The notes beneath the pieces are model-generated. The model was not told where the DNA came from. It made no database searches and saw nothing but the letters and a program-made list of their open reading frames with translations. Below, piece after piece: positions 59,869-64,000 of a stretch of 64,000 nucleotides of DNA. The position numbers and the translations under genes are program-made. The DNA comes from SAR202 cluster bacterium (GTDB lineage: Bacteria; Chloroflexota; Dehalococcoidia; Lucifugimonadales; GCA-2719675). The DNA is taken from the NCBI GenBank assembly GCA_009392295.1, contig VFGW01000006.1, positions 27,721 to 91,720 of the forward strand, in the 5' to 3' direction. The first letter of the stretch is position 1, and each line of letters begins with the position of its first letter.

Positions 59869-61218
59869 CTAAACTTTTGAAGCAAAATAATTAGAGACCT
59901 TTTTCATAGCGTTTGCAATATCCATAACGTCTGTTTCCGTATAAGAGTTTCTCAACAAAATACTACCTGTATTAGGTAATTCTTTCTCAATTACAGGCAA
60001 ATTAGTATTTTGATAATTTTTCAATCCGGAATCTATATCTGTATTGAAAGGATAAGAAGAATTTCCATAAGTTTTTCCTTCACTAAATAAAGGATATTTA
60101 TAAAGTGCTTTCCCATCTAAATATGTGCCAAAACAATCAGGAATTCCTTCAGCCCTAACTGCCTTTGCAAACTCATCTGAAGTAATTCCTGATTGTTTTG
60201 AATTAACTCGATAAGGATAAACGTAATAAGAATGAATATCTCCAGTTCTAACGTATGGAGGTGTAAATCCAGGTAAATTTTCAACAGTCTCGCTCAATAA
60301 CTCAGCCGATCTAATTCTAATTCTTGTAGCTTCATCCCATTTCTCATATTGAGCTAAACCGACAGCTGCTTCAAGATCAGTCATAGCATAAAATGCACCA
60401 AGAAAAGAACAATAGTTATTCCTTGGTGCAGTAGAAGTAGACCTTGGTGGAGGTGTGCTACCAAATGGAGAATCAACACCATCCCTATTTTCTGTTTGCA
60501 CAGAAACTCCTTTATTTACAAATCCGGTTGCTCTAGTAGCTAATTTTTCTGAATTAGTTAATAACATACCACCCTGTCCAGTTGAAAGTGTTTTTCCTCC
60601 AAGTGACCAAATTCCAATATCACCCAATGTTCCAACTAATTCTCCCTGATACTTAGCTAAATGTGCCTGTGAACAGTCTTCAATTATAGGGATATTATAT
60701 TTCTCTTTTATTTTTAAAATCCTACCCATATCACAAGGATTTCCATATATATGTGTAGCTATAATAGCTACTGTTTTTTTAGTAATTTTTCTTTCAATAT
60801 CATCAGGATCAATATTCATAGTTGCTGACTCAGAATCTGCAAAAACTGGAACACAATTTTGCAACATAATCCCTAAAACTCCACCTGTATCTGTAACTGG
60901 AGTAGTAATAACCTCACTACCAGGATCAGGGTCAATAGCAGCTATAGCAGCATGAATCGCACTTGTAGCCGAATTTGTAGGAACAGCATATTTCATTCCA
61001 TGTCGTGTGGCAAAAATATCACAAAATTCTTTTACTTTATTCCTTGAACGCCAACCTTTTCCATTCAAATTATCAAAATCAAATTCTATTACCTCATCAA
61101 TCACTTCAAGTAACTGATCTTTTTCATCTTGGCCAAAAACCCATCTTGGACCAAATGGGTGGTTTCTTAATTTTGGACCACCATGAATCGCTAGTTTCTC
61201 GGAAAATTGACTCGCCAT
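59869..61218 (-). CDS. DegT/DnrJ/EryC1/StrS aminotransferase
   Basis: LAIHGGP, HIYGNPCDM, IEDCSQAH and SLGGKTLSTGQGG. Confidence 0.88.
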   Translation of the reverse strand: MASQFSEKLAIHGGPKLRNHPFGPRWVFGQDEKDQLLEVIDEVIEFDFDNLNGKGWRSRNKVKEFCDIFATRHGMKYAVPTNSATSAIHAAIAAIDPDPGSEVITTPVTDTGGVLGIMLQNCVPVFADSESATMNIDPDDIERKITKKTVAIIATHIYGNPCDMGRILKIKEKYNIPIIEDCSQAHLAKYQGELVGTLGDIGIWSLGGKTLSTGQGGMLLTNSEKLATRATGFVNKGVSVQTENRDGVDSPFGSTPPPRSTSTAPRNNYCSFLGAFYAMTDLEAAVGLAQYEKWDEATRIRIRSAELLSETVENLPGFTPPYVRTGDIHSYYVYPYRVNSKQSGITSDEFAKAVRAEGIPDCFGTYLDGKALYKYPLFSEGKTYGNSSYPFNTDIDSGLKNYQNTNLPVIEKELPNTGSILLRNSYTETDVMDIANAMKKVSNYFASKV

Positions 61219-61246
61219 AACTACTCCATTTCATTTATTTGAAAAA

Positions 61247-63817
61247 TTATATTTTGACACCAAGATCTTTAATGCGATTATTTATTGCATCTCTTGCTTC
61301 AAGAAAAGGTTTACTTAAATAATCGATGTGTTCAGATTCTGTATGCCTATGTGTAACTAAACCTTTAGGATATCTACCTGCTATATTATTAATATATGAT
61401 AGATCTCCTTCAATAAGGTCAAGCATATGCTTCGTAACTTCTTTATCAAACATCCACCAAGAATTTTCACAAGATACATATACTGGACCTGTATGTGCAT
61501 AAATACCTCTACCTACACCACCGCCAGCAAAAAATTTTAATGTATCATTTTTAGGAGGACCGTAATATGAAGGACTCCCAATTCTAATTGCAAACCAATT
61601 ATTAGCATTCACTTTGATTTTCTTTTTAATTTCTAACTTACTAGTACCTTCTTCTGAAAATACTGTCCCCACAATTTCTCCCCCCATTAGTACATCTAAT
61701 CGATGAATTGGTAAAATGCTTTCAGCTGAAGCAACTACATCAACATAACCGGAAGAATTAATCTTTACAGTACTGCCAACTTCATAACCATTAACAGTAA
61801 AATCAATTATTGGGGCTGCAGTCATAAACGTTTTACCCAAAGTAACATTTTTACACCAATTATCTAATGTAAAATCTTCTCCATCAGAAAATTTCACATA
61901 TGTTCTATAATAACCAATTGGTGTTTCCGTTGACATTTTATCGGTTCCACCAATTAATGGAATTTGATACCCGTTATTTAAAATTTTATAATACTCTTTA
62001 TGTGTATATTCCCTTTGGTGTCCTTTAAATTCTAGGGCATCAATCCTACCTGTAGGTACTAGTGCAACCATTTCTCTATTAAAACCCCAAAAATGAGCTG
62101 AAATTACTGTTCCACCTTGTGCATGACATTCGTCAGCCCAATGACTCAAAGTAGTATCCATAGTACCACCAATTTCAGCCTCACCTTTACCATCAGTACA
62201 AAATGGCATCACAGGTTTTTTTAAATTTAATAACAACAAGTGACTCATAAAACCTTGTCTGTTTTCTTGACAAACAGAAACAATATTTTTTCCATCATCA
62301 GAAATAAAAGGAGTCCCTAAAAACTCATCTACAGTTAAAAAAGCTCCTCCTGATTGAGTTTGTTCAACGTGAACCAAATTCACGCCCTCACTTCTACCTT
62401 CATTAAAAGCACTAATAGTAGAAACAAAATGAGTATGAGGATCACCTGAATACCAGCCTAAATCATTCATATTAATCCATCTTTTTAGACGAAATTCTAT
62501 CTCTCTAGTTTTTGGATTAATAAATACTTTTTCTCGCAAGGGTTGATATTCAAAACCACAAGCAATATCAACAAATACATCCCCCCTAGGTAACCAACCT
62601 TCACAAGTCCCATCTATATATGCATATGTTGATTGACCTATTCGAATATCTGCCCCTACATCAAAGTTGAAAGTATTTTCCAAATTAGAGTTCACATGGC
62701 TTTGGTGACCATACGGTTGAAAGGGAATTCCCTCAGGAGTACGAAAATGAATCCTACAAGGCAAAAGCTCATTAGTCTGATCATCAAAAACTTTAACATT
62801 TACCCAATTTTTTCCAGTATCTAGCAAATCAACTTTTAAAAAAGTTTTTTCAATAGAACCAAATTTCTCTAAGTCTCCCCAATTGAATTCTTCTAAAATA
62901 ACACCTTCTTGTTTAACCTTAACTGTAGCAGATGAAATAGCATTTATATTGACATAAGCTGGACTAGATTTTTCATTTTTCTCATCTCCCCATCCACGAT
63001 AAGGGTCTTTAAGAAATTCTTCTGGACTCCTATCAGACAATGGGTAAGTATAATTTGATCTTCCTCTATCTACCTCAACTTCTAAATCAAACTTCTTTTC
63101 AGAATGTTTTTTATTTTTCAAAGTGATTCCAATTGGTCTATTACCATTTCGTGCAAAAGGATGTTCATCTAAACTAGATAAAGTAATTCCTCCAATCAAA
63201 ATTCTTAAATCAACCGGAACTAAATCAATAAATTCAATCATTTTCTCAGGATTTGGATTTTCCCAAGACCATAAAAAATATCTACGTAAGGGGTCTCCTC
63301 TTGCTTCAGACTTTCTAAAGCCTGTAACTTCCCATTCACCAGAATACCTTGGATAAACCTTAGCATACTCATCTGTTTCAGCTTCCAATATTGTATATCC
63401 CCCTGGAGTTTGAGCAACTCCAGGTATCGTTCCTAAATGAAATTTTTCTTTGATTGCAACTTTTTCACTTGAACCATCAGAATAGTTAAAAATATAATCA
63501 GCAACATGTTTCCCCCAGATGCCATCTTGATCAACTGTGCTATTTAATAAACTATGAGCAAAAATTACTTTTTTAGCTCTAGCATTAATGTTAATTCTTT
63601 TTGTACCACTATTAGAACCAATTGTTAAAAATTTTTCCTTTGAAGATCCTTTAGAATTGCCCACATTGAACGGTAAACCTTTCATTAAAACCAAACCTGT
63701 TTCATTAACATCAATAGTATTAGAATTATTAGGTTGTGGAATTGGATCGCTAGAAAGTATTTCGTCTGAAACAGTATTACACTCAGCAGAAATATCAACC
63801 GGTTGATAATCTTTCAT
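61247..63817 (-). CDS. CehA/McbA-like PHP-fold metallohydrolase
   Basis: WYSGDPHTH, HLLLL, ISAH, GGTDKM and AHTGPVYV; long beta-rich N-terminus. Confidence 0.7.
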   Translation of the reverse strand: MKDYQPVDISAECNTVSDEILSSDPIPQPNNSNTIDVNETGLVLMKGLPFNVGNSKGSSKEKFLTIGSNSGTKRININARAKKVIFAHSLLNSTVDQDGIWGKHVADYIFNYSDGSSEKVAIKEKFHLGTIPGVAQTPGGYTILEAETDEYAKVYPRYSGEWEVTGFRKSEARGDPLRRYFLWSWENPNPEKMIEFIDLVPVDLRILIGGITLSSLDEHPFARNGNRPIGITLKNKKHSEKKFDLEVEVDRGRSNYTYPLSDRSPEEFLKDPYRGWGDEKNEKSSPAYVNINAISSATVKVKQEGVILEEFNWGDLEKFGSIEKTFLKVDLLDTGKNWVNVKVFDDQTNELLPCRIHFRTPEGIPFQPYGHQSHVNSNLENTFNFDVGADIRIGQSTYAYIDGTCEGWLPRGDVFVDIACGFEYQPLREKVFINPKTREIEFRLKRWINMNDLGWYSGDPHTHFVSTISAFNEGRSEGVNLVHVEQTQSGGAFLTVDEFLGTPFISDDGKNIVSVCQENRQGFMSHLLLLNLKKPVMPFCTDGKGEAEIGGTMDTTLSHWADECHAQGGTVISAHFWGFNREMVALVPTGRIDALEFKGHQREYTHKEYYKILNNGYQIPLIGGTDKMSTETPIGYYRTYVKFSDGEDFTLDNWCKNVTLGKTFMTAAPIIDFTVNGYEVGSTVKINSSGYVDVVASAESILPIHRLDVLMGGEIVGTVFSEEGTSKLEIKKKIKVNANNWFAIRIGSPSYYGPPKNDTLKFFAGGGVGRGIYAHTGPVYVSCENSWWMFDKEVTKHMLDLIEGDLSYINNIAGRYPKGLVTHRHTESEHIDYLSKPFLEARDAINNRIKDLGVKI

Positions 63818-64000
63818 TTACTTACTCCAATAACTTAGATGAAATATTTCACATAATTCAACATTACATAGATATTTTGTCAAGATATAACTGATACCAT
63901 AAAGTTAAATAATCGATAATCTAGTGTATACGAAAACAAAGCACAAAAATCAGATCGAAAAGCACAGAAATTTACTATGTGGAGAATTATTAAAAATATA

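Noticed and set aside
771-63806. Numerous 60-126 aa ORFs in the track that overlap longer genes (e.g. 771-1001, 22615-22995, 43461-43799, 29388-29594)
   Set aside because: Antisense or alternate-frame shadows of well-supported CDS, with no motifs or SD.
1-64000. CRISPR arrays, IS elements, tandem repeats and stop-codon recoding
   Set aside because: No regularly spaced repeats or transposase ORFs seen by eye; genes are full length under the standard code, with TAA, TAG and TGA all used as stops.

Overview
A gene-dense, strongly AT-rich bacterial window (roughly 30% GC by eye, not computed). The gene content is many paralogous Gfo/Idh/MocA and SDR oxidoreductases, aldo/keto reductases, amidohydrolases, DHA3-type MFS transporters, a CehA/McbA-like hydrolase and an HpcH aldolase. 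This suggests a streamlined marine heterotroph, most plausibly SAR202-type Chloroflexota (inference only). The window holds about 55 CDS, tRNA-Gly(TCC) and tRNA-Leu(TAA). I saw no CRISPR array, rRNA, transposase or integrase. Main observations: (1) three dispersed, highly diverged paralogues of an unrecognised ~150-aa lipoprotein with a conserved Cys pair and an SH3-like 'TGQEGW' C-terminus, two of them downstream of co-oriented MFS genes; (2) a YceI lipoprotein carrying a pacifastin-like 6-Cys protease-inhibitor motif; (3) two genes that appear to need ATC/ATT start codons; (4) two ThuA + Gfo/Idh/MocA clusters resembling the 3-ketoglycoside route of glycoside breakdown; (5) an AddAB-like pair whose helicase subunit has no nuclease domain; (6) small membrane ORFs missing from the ORF track, one abutting a long hairpin and candidate convergent sRNA. 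All product calls come from motif recognition by eye, without database searches.
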